This document shows, one piece after another, positions 91,574 to 101,430 of a stretch of DNA of 248,000 nt (positions are counted from its first letter, which is position 1; each line of letters opens with the position of its first letter). The position numbers and the translations under genes were made by a program. This stretch comes from Hyalangium minutum. GTDB lineage: Bacteria; Myxococcota; Myxococcia; Myxococcales; Myxococcaceae. The stretch covers positions 20,001 to 268,000 of the forward strand of contig NZ_JMCB01000013.1 of the NCBI RefSeq assembly GCF_000737315.1, given 5' to 3'. The notes below the pieces were generated by a model. That model ran no database searches and was not told the origin of the DNA. It saw only the letters and a program-made list of their open reading frames with translations.

Positions 91574-92119
91574 ATGGGTTCTCTCCGCCTCCTCGGGCTG
91601 ATGATCGTTCTCGGCCTGCCTGCGCTCGCCGGGGCCTCGGGTCTGCCCCCGCAGACGCTGGCCGAGCTGGCCGGGCCATCGGATCGGATCGTCCTCGCGC
91701 GCGTGGTGGACCAGCGCGTCAATGTGCCAAATGGCAACGTGAGACAGATGACCACCATCTCCCGGTTGGAGGTGCTGGAGGAGTACCGTGGGCAGGGACC
91801 GCGCGCGCTGGAGCTGGTGCAGCTGGGCGGACGCAGCGGCTTGTGGGAGTCGCACCTGGCGGGAGATGCGAAGATCGCCGCGGGAGAGACGGCGCTGATG
91901 TTCCTCCGCTGCCCGGATCCGAAGGCGGTGGAGCGGTGCGTGCTGGTAGGGCAGGGCGCCGGGAAGCACACGGTGACGGAGGGCGCCCAGGGGCGGCGGG
92001 AGGTGGAGCTCACCGCGCGGGTGAAGGGCGGCCCGGTCCGGCGGTCCTTGGATGAAGTCGTGGACGAGATCCGGCGGGCGACTCTGCCCCCGGCGCAGCA
92101 GGAGAGGGGCAAGCGATGA
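91574..92119 (+). CDS. Exported protein, partner of downstream metalloprotease
   Basis: Signal peptide; LAELA..SD.IV pattern shared with 126695-127270. Confidence 0.7.
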   Translation: MGSLRLLGLMIVLGLPALAGASGLPPQTLAELAGPSDRIVLARVVDQRVNVPNGNVRQMTTISRLEVLEEYRGQGPRALELVQLGGRSGLWESHLAGDAKIAAGETALMFLRCPDPKAVERCVLVGQGAGKHTVTEGAQGRREVELTARVKGGPVRRSLDEVVDEIRRATLPPAQQERGKR

Positions 92120-93897
92120 ACCGCAAGCTGCAACGGATGGCAGTGCTCGCGATGATGGCCTGGAGTGCCACGGCCTCCGCGCAGCAGTACGAGTATCTCG
92201 GCTTCAAGATGCTCAACAACCGGGACTACCCGTTCGCCTATTACCTGGACTCGCGCGCCAGCAACCCGGCGGGCATTGCCCTCTCGCAGGTGGAGGCCGC
92301 CACCACCGCGGCCTTCCAGACCTGGGAGAACGTGGCCTGTGCGTACCCGGATTTCCAATACAAGGGCTACAGCAGCACGGCCGCGATCCCGGATGTGCGC
92401 AGCACCACGGACGCGTTCAACGTCAGCACCATCTGGATCACCAGCTCGGCCGACCCCTACTACAACACGGCGCTCGCGGGCGGGAACTCGCCTTCCGGCT
92501 CTGTCCCGCTCACCTACGCGGGCTACCTCTACCAGTGTGACATCTTCATCAACGCGGTGACCTTCCGGTGGACGACGCTGGCCGGCACGGATCCACGCGA
92601 CAACTTCCGCGATCTGCAGACGGCGCTGACACATGAGGTGGGCCACTGCATGGGGCTCGGGGATGCGTACGCGCCCAACTCGGCGGTGATGTACCCGGAG
92701 TTCCCGGCGGGCCAGACCAAGCGCGTGCTCGATGCCCAGGACGTGACGCAGGTCTGCAGCTACCTGCCGGAGGACGGAGCGGTGGGCTCGCCGTGCTCGG
92801 ACAGCGATCCGTGTACCAACGGCCTCGCCTGCATCCCCTACAACAGCGGCAACGTGTCCTATAAGTACTGCTCCAAGGGCTGCACCGGCAACGATCCAGC
92901 CGAGTGCCCCAGCCCGTTCGTGTGCCAGACGTCCTCGGCCGTCGCTGGCTCCACGAAGGCCTGCCTCGCCGTCCCCAACCAGGCGGTGACGCAGGTGGGC
93001 AAGGAGTGCGGCACCAACGCGCAGTGTGGCTCGGCCGTGGCCATCTGCAAGACGCCCGAGCAACTGCCCTCTGGGGGGACCGCCTGGGTGGATGGCTACT
93101 GCCAGCAGGGGTGCAACGCGGGCTCCTCGGCCAGCACCTGCCCGGCGGGCTCGGTGTGCGTCAACACGAGCGCGGGCACGGATGATAGCTGCCTCAAGCG
93201 GTGCCGGCCCGGCACGGGCGACTGCCGCGCGGGCTACACCTGCTCGCCACTGGCCGAGGGAGATGCCTGCGTCCCCAACTGCTACAACGACTTGGACTGC
93301 AATGGCGGCACGACGGCCACCAACTATATCTGCCGCACGTGCGATCACGTCTGCATCGAGAACAAGCAGACGGGGCGCTCCGTGGGAGACGGGTGCCAGC
93401 GCAGCGAGGAGTGCGGCCCGGGGCAGATCTGCCTCTTCATCAACAACCACCCGGAGGGCATCTGCTCGCAGCCGTGCTCCACCGCGGCGTGTGGCTGCCC
93501 CGGGGGCTCCACGTGCAAGCAGGTGGGACCGGACCTCATGTGCATGAGGGACTGCGCCGCGGGCACCTGCGCCAGCCCGGCGCAGTGCAACCCCGTGGGC
93601 TCCACGTACTCGTGCACGGCCCGGTGCCGCACGCGCAATGACTGCCCCACGGGCTTCGAGTGCTATCCGGAGGGCTGCATCGATCCCACGAAGGTCCCGG
93701 ATGCGGGCTGCACGCTCTGCGGCACCGATGCCGGAACGAACCCGCCTCCGCCTCCGCCTCCGGATGGTGGCACGGGAGGGGGAGATGGAGGCCCCGGCGG
93801 GTGTGGCTGCGGCCAGGCCCCCACGTCGGCGATGCTGCTGTCGGCGCTCGCGCTGCTGCTGGTCGCTGGAGGTCGCCGCTCTTGGCCTCGCCGGTAA
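92116..93897 (+). CDS. Matrixin-like zinc metalloprotease with Cys-rich repeats and MYXO-CTERM-like tail
   Basis: HEVGHCMGLGD, Met-turn AVMYP, GCGC + hydrophobic + RR tail. Confidence 0.85.
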   Translation: MNRKLQRMAVLAMMAWSATASAQQYEYLGFKMLNNRDYPFAYYLDSRASNPAGIALSQVEAATTAAFQTWENVACAYPDFQYKGYSSTAAIPDVRSTTDAFNVSTIWITSSADPYYNTALAGGNSPSGSVPLTYAGYLYQCDIFINAVTFRWTTLAGTDPRDNFRDLQTALTHEVGHCMGLGDAYAPNSAVMYPEFPAGQTKRVLDAQDVTQVCSYLPEDGAVGSPCSDSDPCTNGLACIPYNSGNVSYKYCSKGCTGNDPAECPSPFVCQTSSAVAGSTKACLAVPNQAVTQVGKECGTNAQCGSAVAICKTPEQLPSGGTAWVDGYCQQGCNAGSSASTCPAGSVCVNTSAGTDDSCLKRCRPGTGDCRAGYTCSPLAEGDACVPNCYNDLDCNGGTTATNYICRTCDHVCIENKQTGRSVGDGCQRSEECGPGQICLFINNHPEGICSQPCSTAACGCPGGSTCKQVGPDLMCMRDCAAGTCASPAQCNPVGSTYSCTARCRTRNDCPTGFECYPEGCIDPTKVPDAGCTLCGTDAGTNPPPPPPPDGGTGGGDGGPGGCGCGQAPTSAMLLSALALLLVAGGRRSWPRR

Positions 93898-93932
93898 CCG
93901 CCACCAGCCGCTCCCAGGCGGACTTCAGCACG

Positions 93933-95705
93933 ATGTTCGTGCTCGAGGCGCTCGTCCATCAGGGCCTGCTCACCGCGCAGCAGGCCCAGGAGATCCTCGC
94001 GCGCGAGTCCGCCGCCCGCGCCCGCGTCCTCAAGGCCAAGGCGCAGGGCGGCTCCAAGGAGGCGGCACGCTATGACGTGTCGCCGGTGGAGCTCATCGCG
94101 GCCTTCCAGGTGCCGCTGTCCGAGGGCCGCGGCGTGCTGGACGAGGATCGGGTGACGGAGGCGGCCGCTCGCGCCGCCGGCATGCCGTACCGGAAGATCG
94201 ACCCGCTCAAGCTGGACATGGCGCTGGCCACGCGTACGGTGTCCCGGCCCTTCGCGCAGAAGCACGCGCTGCTGCCGCTGGAGCGCACGCAGCAGGGGCG
94301 GCTCGTGGTGGCGGTGGCCAACCCGTTCGATCGCGAGCTGTTCGAGAACCTCTACCGGCTGGCGGGTCTGCCCATCGAGCCGGTGCTGTCGTCCAAGTCG
94401 GACATCCTCAAGTCCATCACGGAGATCTACGGTTTCAAGAAGACGCTGGCGCGCGCGGCGGATGACTTCGCCACCGGGCCGTCGGTCGCCAACTTCGAGC
94501 AGCTGGTGTCGCTCAGCGGCACGCAAGAGCTGGACGCGGGCGACAAGCCAGTGGTGCAGGCGGTGGACTACCTGCTGCGCTACGCCTTCGACAACCGCGG
94601 GTCGGATATCCACATCGAGCCCAAGCGCGCCCAGTCGCACGTGCGTCTGCGCATCGACGGCGTGCTGCACACCGTCTACACCCTGCCGGCGGGGGTCCAC
94701 GCGCCCATCGTCTCGCGCGTGAAGATGCTCTCGCGCATGGACATCTCCGAGAAGCGCAAGCCGCAGGACGGCCGCATCAAGACAGAGCGCGAGGGCCGCG
94801 AAGTGGAGCTCCGCGTCTCCACGCTGCCCACTGCGTTCGGCGAGAAGGTGGTCATCCGTATCTTCGATCCGGAGACGCTGGTGCAGGACATTGCCCAGCT
94901 GGGCTTCGAGCCGGATGAGAAGGATTCATTCGAGTCCTGGATCGACCAGCCGCACGGGCTCATCCTGGTGACGGGCCCCACGGGCAGCGGCAAGACGACG
95001 ACGCTGTACTCGGCGCTGAAGGCGGTGGCGGGCCCGGACGTGAACGTCACCACGATCGAGGATCCGATCGAAATGGTGTGGGAGGGCTTCAACCAGGTGC
95101 AGGTTCAGCCCAAGGTGGGCTTGGACTTCGCCGGGGCGCTGCGCCACATCCTCCGCCAGGACCCGGACGTCATCATGGTGGGCGAGATCCGTGACGCGGA
95201 GACGGCGGAGAACGCCATTCAGTCCGCGCTCACGGGCCACCTGGTGCTCTCCACGCTGCACACCAACGACGCGATCGGCGCCGTGGCGCGCATGAAGGAT
95301 CTCGAGGTGCCGGCGTTCCTGCTCTCGCAGAGCCTCGTGGGGCTGATGGCCCAGCGCCTGCTGCGGCGCAACTGTGTCCATTGCGTACAGGAGACCACGC
95401 TGACGCCGGACGAGCTGACGTCGCTGATGGTGCCCATTCCGCTGCTGCCTGGAGGCGTGAGGCTGCTCAAGGGCGCGGGATGTGTGCGTTGCCGGGGCAC
95501 AGGCTATTTCGGACGTACGGGAGTCTTTGAAATCGTCAGCATCAACGCGGAGCTGAAGGACCTCATCAACCGTGGTGCGACGCACTACGAGCTGGTGGAG
95601 GCGGCTCGGCGCGCAGGGATGCGCACCCTTCGGGAGGCGGGTGTGCGCAAACTCGCGCAAGGACTCACCACCTTTGAAGAGGTGATGCGAATGACGGCTG
95701 TCTGA
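93933..95705 (+). CDS. GspE/PilB-family ATPase
   Basis: SDIHIEP, GPTGSGKTT, LRQDPDVIMVGEIRD. Confidence 0.93.
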   Translation: MFVLEALVHQGLLTAQQAQEILARESAARARVLKAKAQGGSKEAARYDVSPVELIAAFQVPLSEGRGVLDEDRVTEAAARAAGMPYRKIDPLKLDMALATRTVSRPFAQKHALLPLERTQQGRLVVAVANPFDRELFENLYRLAGLPIEPVLSSKSDILKSITEIYGFKKTLARAADDFATGPSVANFEQLVSLSGTQELDAGDKPVVQAVDYLLRYAFDNRGSDIHIEPKRAQSHVRLRIDGVLHTVYTLPAGVHAPIVSRVKMLSRMDISEKRKPQDGRIKTEREGREVELRVSTLPTAFGEKVVIRIFDPETLVQDIAQLGFEPDEKDSFESWIDQPHGLILVTGPTGSGKTTTLYSALKAVAGPDVNVTTIEDPIEMVWEGFNQVQVQPKVGLDFAGALRHILRQDPDVIMVGEIRDAETAENAIQSALTGHLVLSTLHTNDAIGAVARMKDLEVPAFLLSQSLVGLMAQRLLRRNCVHCVQETTLTPDELTSLMVPIPLLPGGVRLLKGAGCVRCRGTGYFGRTGVFEIVSINAELKDLINRGATHYELVEAARRAGMRTLREAGVRKLAQGLTTFEEVMRMTAV

Positions 95706-95753
95706 AGTCCCGGGGGTCGGAGCCCCGGATGGCTTGTAGTAAAATGCAAGCGT

Positions 95754-97709
95754 ATGAGCTCCGAATCCCTGGCAGCCAGCGGTCCTCAGGTTCCCGTGGT
95801 GCTGGTGAACATGCCATTCGGGCCTCTGCAGACGCCTTCGATGGGGCTGAGCCTGCTCAAGCCGGCCTTGAAGGCCGCGGGCATCGAGAGCCACGTCTTC
95901 TACTTCCACCTCCGCTTCGCCCAGCAGTTCGGCGTCAGTCTCTACACCGCCATCTCCGGGAACTACTCGGGGGTGACGGACCTCACGGGGGACTGGCTGT
96001 TCTCGCATGCGCTGTACGAGGCCAAGCCCGATGACACCCAGCGCTACCTCTCCACCGTCATGCGGCGGAGGCGCCCGGACCAGGAGCTGGGGTGGGCGGA
96101 GCTGGAGGGCTACATCGCGGAGTTGCTGATTGCTCGCGTGGGCATCTCCGCCTTCGTGGATGAGTGTGTAGAGGCCATTCTGCAGACTGGCGCGCGCGTG
96201 GTGGGCTTCACGAGCGTCTACCAGCAGAACGTGGCGGCGCTCGCGGTCGCGCAGAGGCTCAAGCGCCGGCGCCCGGAGCTCCTCACGGTGTTTGGCGGCG
96301 CGAACTTCGAGGGCATCACGGGCCGCGAGCAGTTCGAGCGCTTTCCCTTCATCGACGTCGTCTTCTCGGGCGAGTCGGAGCAGCGGTTCCCGTGGGTGGT
96401 GGAGCGCCTGCTGCGCGGCGAGCGGCTGGGCAAGCTCGTGGGCGTGCTGGCGCGAGAGCACCTCGCAGGAGGCCCCAGCTTCCCGGGGAGCGGGGACACG
96501 ATGCTCCGCGAGATGGACCGGCTGCCGGTGCCAGACTTCTCGGACTTCTTCACGCAGTGGGCGGAGGCCCGGCTGGAGGGCGCTCCAAAGCCGGTGGTGC
96601 CCTTCGAGACGTCGCGGGGCTGCTGGTGGGGGCAGAAGCAGCACTGCACCTTCTGTGGCTTGAACGGCGAGTCCATGGCGTACCGGAGCAAGTCACCGGA
96701 GCGCGCCCTCTCGGAGTTCATCCAGGTGACGGAGGCGCATCCCGGCTGCCAGGTGGTGGTGGTCGATAACATCCTGGACATGAAGTACTTCAAGTCCTTC
96801 ATCCCGGCGCTGGGCGCTCGCTCCAACCCGGTGGACATCTTCTACGAGGTGAAGGCCAACCTGACCCACGAGCAGGTCCGGCTGCTGCGCGCCGCGCGCG
96901 TTATGGAGCTGCAACCCGGCATCGAGAGCCTGAGCGATCAGGTGCTGCGACTCATGCGCAAGGGCGTGACGGGGATGCAGAACCTGCAGCTGATGAAGTG
97001 GTGCAAGGAGTACGGCATCAACGTGCTCTGGAGCGTGCTCTGGGGCTTCCCGGGCGAGGAGCCCGGGGAGTACGCGCGGATGACGGAGCTGGTCCCGCTG
97101 GTGACCCACCTGGCGCCACCCATCGCGGGGATCTCCATTCTCCTGGAGCGCTTCTCCCCGAACTTCAACGAGGCCCAGGCGCGAGGGTTCAAGAACGTCC
97201 GGCCCGCCCCCGCGTACTCCTTCATCTACGACTTGCCGGAGTCCGCGCTCCACAACATGGCGTACTTCTTCTCCTACGAGTACGAGGACGGCCGGAACGT
97301 CCCGTCCTACGTGCAGACGCTGAACAAGCGCATCTGGGAGTGGAAGGCCGAGTACAGCACCTCGGCCCTGTACTCGCTGGACAAGGGAGATCACCTGCGG
97401 ATCGTCGACCGGAGGAAGGTGGCTCCCAGCCCCTCCCTGATTCTGCAGGGCGCCGAGCGATGGGCCCTGCTGGCCTGCGACGCGGTGACGTCCGTGCAGG
97501 CGCTGAAGGAGCGCTACCAGGAGCAGGACCCCCTGGCGCAGGGCTGGGACCCGCTGGAGACCGTGCTGGCGAGCCTCGTGGAGGCCAAGCTGGTGCTCAC
97601 CGATGGCAAGCACTACCTCGGCCTGCCTGTCGCCGTGACTCAGGATCCGCTGGCCGCGCCTGTGCCATTCATGGACGCGCTGGGGGAGCCCGTTCCGTCG
97701 GCGGCGTGA
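95754..97709 (+). CDS. B12-dependent radical SAM enzyme (RiPP maturation radical SAM 1-like)
   Basis: SRGCWWGQKQHCTFC, QPGIESLS, B12-binding GFTS...GGAN. Confidence 0.85.
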   Translation: MSSESLAASGPQVPVVLVNMPFGPLQTPSMGLSLLKPALKAAGIESHVFYFHLRFAQQFGVSLYTAISGNYSGVTDLTGDWLFSHALYEAKPDDTQRYLSTVMRRRRPDQELGWAELEGYIAELLIARVGISAFVDECVEAILQTGARVVGFTSVYQQNVAALAVAQRLKRRRPELLTVFGGANFEGITGREQFERFPFIDVVFSGESEQRFPWVVERLLRGERLGKLVGVLAREHLAGGPSFPGSGDTMLREMDRLPVPDFSDFFTQWAEARLEGAPKPVVPFETSRGCWWGQKQHCTFCGLNGESMAYRSKSPERALSEFIQVTEAHPGCQVVVVDNILDMKYFKSFIPALGARSNPVDIFYEVKANLTHEQVRLLRAARVMELQPGIESLSDQVLRLMRKGVTGMQNLQLMKWCKEYGINVLWSVLWGFPGEEPGEYARMTELVPLVTHLAPPIAGISILLERFSPNFNEAQARGFKNVRPAPAYSFIYDLPESALHNMAYFFSYEYEDGRNVPSYVQTLNKRIWEWKAEYSTSALYSLDKGDHLRIVDRRKVAPSPSLILQGAERWALLACDAVTSVQALKERYQEQDPLAQGWDPLETVLASLVEAKLVLTDGKHYLGLPVAVTQDPLAAPVPFMDALGEPVPSAA

Positions 97710-97751
97710 CCCCGGCGGCATGCGCTCGCCGAGGCCCCACCGAGCCGCGCC

Positions 97752-99347
97752 TTAGAAGCGCGCCTGGAGCAGCGTGTTGAAGCCGAGCGCGTGCGGCTCC
97801 TCGAAGCGCGGCTGCGCCACGCCCGTCACGTCATCCCGGAACGTCGTCCGGTTGTTGTCGTAGGTGTAATAGACCTCGCCCACCGCGGCGACCGTCTCCG
97901 ACAAGTCCCACCGGAAGGTGGCCTTCGCCGACAGGATCGGCTCCGCCTTGCACGCCGCGTTGGACGCGCCGCACGTCTCCGGGAGGATGCTGAGCTGGTT
98001 CACGTCGCGCACCACCACCGTGCGCGTGCCCGTCAGGCCCGGGGGAGGGTTGTTGCCGCCGCCCAGGAACTCGGGGCTGCGGTAGGAGGCGGGCTGCTGC
98101 ACGCCGACGATGAAGCCCGGCGTGAAGTGCCAGTTCGGCAGGTAGTAGTCCGCGCCGGCCGCGATGAACATCTCCGGCTTGAGCTGTGTGCCCTCGGGGA
98201 AGTCACGGAACGGCGGCAGGCCCGGCACCTCGAACTGGATGAAGGACAGGCTGCGGTACAGCCCCAGCAGGTGCATGCGCCAGTTGTTCCACTTGGCCCG
98301 CGCCTGCAGCGCCACCGCCGTGGCCCCCTGCGGCACCGTGCGCGCGAACACGTCCGGATCCTCCAGCGTCTGCGTCAGGTAGCTGCCCTCGAGCGACACG
98401 GAGTAGGAGAGCCCGCCCGGGTACGTCTCTGGCGCGAAGAAGCGCTGGTAGACGTCGGGATCGTTCCGGTACAGCCGGAAGTCCACGCTCGTGCCCACCG
98501 GCACGCCCACGTGGTACACGGCCTGCGCGGACAGGCCCGCCGAGTTCACCGGCGCCCGGATGCCCTGGTTGGCCAGGCCCGGGATGATGCCCTTCTGGAA
98601 GTAGCCGCCACCGGCCTCCAGCCGCAGCGTCTCCAGAATGTCCACGCCCGCGCCGCCCATCAGGCCGTAGAGCGTCTCCTTCTCCAAAATCAAGTCGTTG
98701 AGCACCAGCGACGTCTTGCCGCCCAGGTACGCGTACCAACGGTCCCGGGTAACCTGCAGCTTCACGCCCGGCACGCCCTCGGCCGCGGCGCGGTTGGTGA
98801 AGACGCCGCTGCCGCCCCACGAGATGCGGTACGCATACCCGAGCCGGAAGCGATCCGCGGAAACCGGGAAGCCGGTGAGCGAGATGCCCTCCTTCTCGCC
98901 CCAGCCCGGCGGGGTGTAGTTGAGCCGGATGTAGCTGGAGTTGTCACGCAAGGTGACGCCGCCCGAGGGCTGCTCCAGCACGAGGATCGTCAGCGCGGCC
99001 TCGGTGGTGAGCCCCTCGAAGAACGCGGGCATGCGCTTGTAGAGCACCAGGTTCGACAGCGTCTCGAAGCCCGAGAAGCGCGTGTTGAAGTTGTCGTAGA
99101 ACTGGGTGTTCTGGTTGCCCGCGCCGAAGCGCGCGTTGGGGCTGTTGGGCGTCGTCTCGCCAGCGCCCGCCAGGACGTTGTCGTCCGCGAACACGAAGGA
99201 CAGGCGGGTATCGACGAAGTCACCGGCCCAGGCGGGCACACCAAGGAGCAACAGCCCAGTCAGGGCCAGGGTAGGCAGCGTTTTCAAACTTCCCTCCAAG
99301 GACGCGGCCGGATGGCCGCGCCTCCCAAAGCCCCGTTGCCAGGGCAT
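97752..99347 (-). CDS. Outer-membrane beta-barrel protein (start approximate)
   Basis: Signal peptide, amphipathic strands, C-terminal LQARF. Confidence 0.7.
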   Translation of the reverse strand: MPWQRGFGRRGHPAASLEGSLKTLPTLALTGLLLLGVPAWAGDFVDTRLSFVFADDNVLAGAGETTPNSPNARFGAGNQNTQFYDNFNTRFSGFETLSNLVLYKRMPAFFEGLTTEAALTILVLEQPSGGVTLRDNSSYIRLNYTPPGWGEKEGISLTGFPVSADRFRLGYAYRISWGGSGVFTNRAAAEGVPGVKLQVTRDRWYAYLGGKTSLVLNDLILEKETLYGLMGGAGVDILETLRLEAGGGYFQKGIIPGLANQGIRAPVNSAGLSAQAVYHVGVPVGTSVDFRLYRNDPDVYQRFFAPETYPGGLSYSVSLEGSYLTQTLEDPDVFARTVPQGATAVALQARAKWNNWRMHLLGLYRSLSFIQFEVPGLPPFRDFPEGTQLKPEMFIAAGADYYLPNWHFTPGFIVGVQQPASYRSPEFLGGGNNPPPGLTGTRTVVVRDVNQLSILPETCGASNAACKAEPILSAKATFRWDLSETVAAVGEVYYTYDNNRTTFRDDVTGVAQPRFEEPHALGFNTLLQARF

Positions 99348-99366
99348 GCTTCAAATCAAGAGATGA

Positions 99367-101430
99367 CTACTCAGCCGCGCACTGCTCGATGGGACGAGGG
99401 CACGCACCCTCGGGCCCCGGGAAGCAGCACACGTCGTCCACATCGCGCGGGATGACAATCCACCGCGGCCGGGCGGCGCTCACCTGGCGCAGGTGGCCGG
99501 TGACGTTGAAGGTGGCCTCGCGCAGCAGGCGGCACTGCTTGGCCTTGTCCGTGTCCGCGTCCGCCGGGTTGCAGTCCACCTGCAGATCCGGGATCGCGTC
99601 CCGGGTGACGACGTTGATGCGGGTGCGGCTGTTGAGCGCCACGTGGCACTCGCCCCGGCCCTGGAGGTCGCCATCCGCGATGAAGGCCACGTACTGCTCG
99701 GAGCCCGTCATCGTGCGCTCGGTGCGGGCGTTGGGGGCCAGCGGGAAGTCGTCGATGGTGGCCGTCACGCTCGCGTTGCCGAACTTCATGCGCACCGGCG
99801 TGTCGCACCACACGCGCACCTGAGAGGGGCCGTTGATGCCCGCGCTGATGGCCGTCGTCGTCCGCACGGAGGCGGTGGTGCTCACCTTGATGACCTGCGT
99901 CCGCTTGTCGAGCGTGCTGTCCAGCCCGGCCACGCGCGGGCCGGGGCCCGACAGCTCCACCACGAACTGGTTGAAGGCGTTGTACGTGGAGCGCTCGGAG
100001 CACACCTTGCCGGCGAACTCGCCCAGGCCCACCGTGCAGTCGATGTTGCACTGGCGCTCGGGGACGTCCGGGTCGCCCGGAGTATCCTCGGCGCAGGCGC
100101 GGTACGACGTGCCGCCCGAGCCCGGGCAGAAGAAGGGCACCGTGCCGTTGCCGTTAGCGTCGCAGTTCTTGAAGACCTCGGGGAACTTCACCCGGCGCAG
100201 CTTCACCAGCGCGGACTCCAGGCTCTCCATCTTCATGTTGCCGTAGGCGTAGCCGCACAGCGAGTCGGTGATGTACGGGTTGACCGCGTTGTCCAGGCCG
100301 CAGAAGCGCAGGTTGATCTCCGGCACCGGCACCTGCTTCAGGTACTTCTCCCACTCGGTGGGCGGCAGCTCGCGCACCCTCTCGCGGATCACCCACGCGG
100401 GGAAGGTGAGCTGCGTGGTGGCCGCGAAGTCCTGCACCGAGCCGGAGATCGTCCACAGCAGATCGCCCGGGTACAGGCCCTCGGGGAACGAGTAGTTGTA
100501 GATGTAGATGGAGCCGTAGGTCCCCGGCAGGAAGCCGTCCGGCTCGGGGGTGCGGACGTTGGAGCCCGCGCCGGTGAACTCGCGCACGCGGCATGCCGTC
100601 ATGTCCGTGACGAAGAAGCCGCCGGGATCCAGGCCCGTCACCACCATGGTCATCAGCTTGCCGTCATTGGGATCCTTCTTCGACGGATCCCGCGCGTCGT
100701 AGCCGGGAGGGCAGCTCTGGACGAGCGGCGAGCCGGACTCCGGCTTACGGCCCACCGTGAGGAACTGGCCGGCGAACGGCGAGTTCCGGTTGTTGCCCGG
100801 ATCCTCCGGCTCCTGGATCTTCCCGAGCGTGGGCTCCTCGAAGGCGATGGGCGCCGTCAGGCCGGTGGCGTAGCTGTACGGACCGCTGTTGGGCGGCGGC
100901 AGCAGGCTGGGATCTCCGGCCACGCCACCGTCGAAGAAGTCCACCTGGGGCGGCTCGTGCTGCACCCACGCGCGGACGTCTCCATAGAGGTGCGACACGC
101001 GGACGGTGCCGGTGCCCACGCCGTCGGTGAGCATCGTCCACCGGCGATCATAGGTACCGGTGAGATCGCCCGGGGTGACGCGGAAGGAGACAGGGCCCGT
101101 GAAGGTGTTGAGCGGCTCGCCCTTGCTGTTGAGCGCGGTGATGGCCAGCTCGAGGTCCACCGGGCCCTTGGGGATGGAGTAGGGGCAGCTGGCCGTGCCC
101201 TTCTCCGCCGCGGGGACGGCGTTTGGGTTGTTGTCGTAGCGCGCCAGGCAGGAGCCCACCAGCGTCAGCGCCGACGAGGCCCCCGTGGTCTTGTCGATGG
101301 CCTTCAGGCTCTTCACGTCCACCTTGAAGGAGCTGAGGCCCGACGGGTTGGTGTTCTCCGCGGAGATGTTGCCGTCCGCGGAGTAGCAGCCTGCGGCCCC
101401 CAGGGCCGCTACAAGGAGCCAGCGTTTCAT
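99367..101430 (-). CDS. Large Cys-containing lipoprotein
   Basis: MKRWLLVAALGAAGC lipobox. Confidence 0.75.
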   Translation of the reverse strand: MKRWLLVAALGAAGCYSADGNISAENTNPSGLSSFKVDVKSLKAIDKTTGASSALTLVGSCLARYDNNPNAVPAAEKGTASCPYSIPKGPVDLELAITALNSKGEPLNTFTGPVSFRVTPGDLTGTYDRRWTMLTDGVGTGTVRVSHLYGDVRAWVQHEPPQVDFFDGGVAGDPSLLPPPNSGPYSYATGLTAPIAFEEPTLGKIQEPEDPGNNRNSPFAGQFLTVGRKPESGSPLVQSCPPGYDARDPSKKDPNDGKLMTMVVTGLDPGGFFVTDMTACRVREFTGAGSNVRTPEPDGFLPGTYGSIYIYNYSFPEGLYPGDLLWTISGSVQDFAATTQLTFPAWVIRERVRELPPTEWEKYLKQVPVPEINLRFCGLDNAVNPYITDSLCGYAYGNMKMESLESALVKLRRVKFPEVFKNCDANGNGTVPFFCPGSGGTSYRACAEDTPGDPDVPERQCNIDCTVGLGEFAGKVCSERSTYNAFNQFVVELSGPGPRVAGLDSTLDKRTQVIKVSTTASVRTTTAISAGINGPSQVRVWCDTPVRMKFGNASVTATIDDFPLAPNARTERTMTGSEQYVAFIADGDLQGRGECHVALNSRTRINVVTRDAIPDLQVDCNPADADTDKAKQCRLLREATFNVTGHLRQVSAARPRWIVIPRDVDDVCCFPGPEGACPRPIEQCAAE

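Noticed and set aside
95700-97760. RiPP precursor beside the radical SAM gene
   Set aside because: The flanking gaps are under 60 bp and contain no plausible small ORF.
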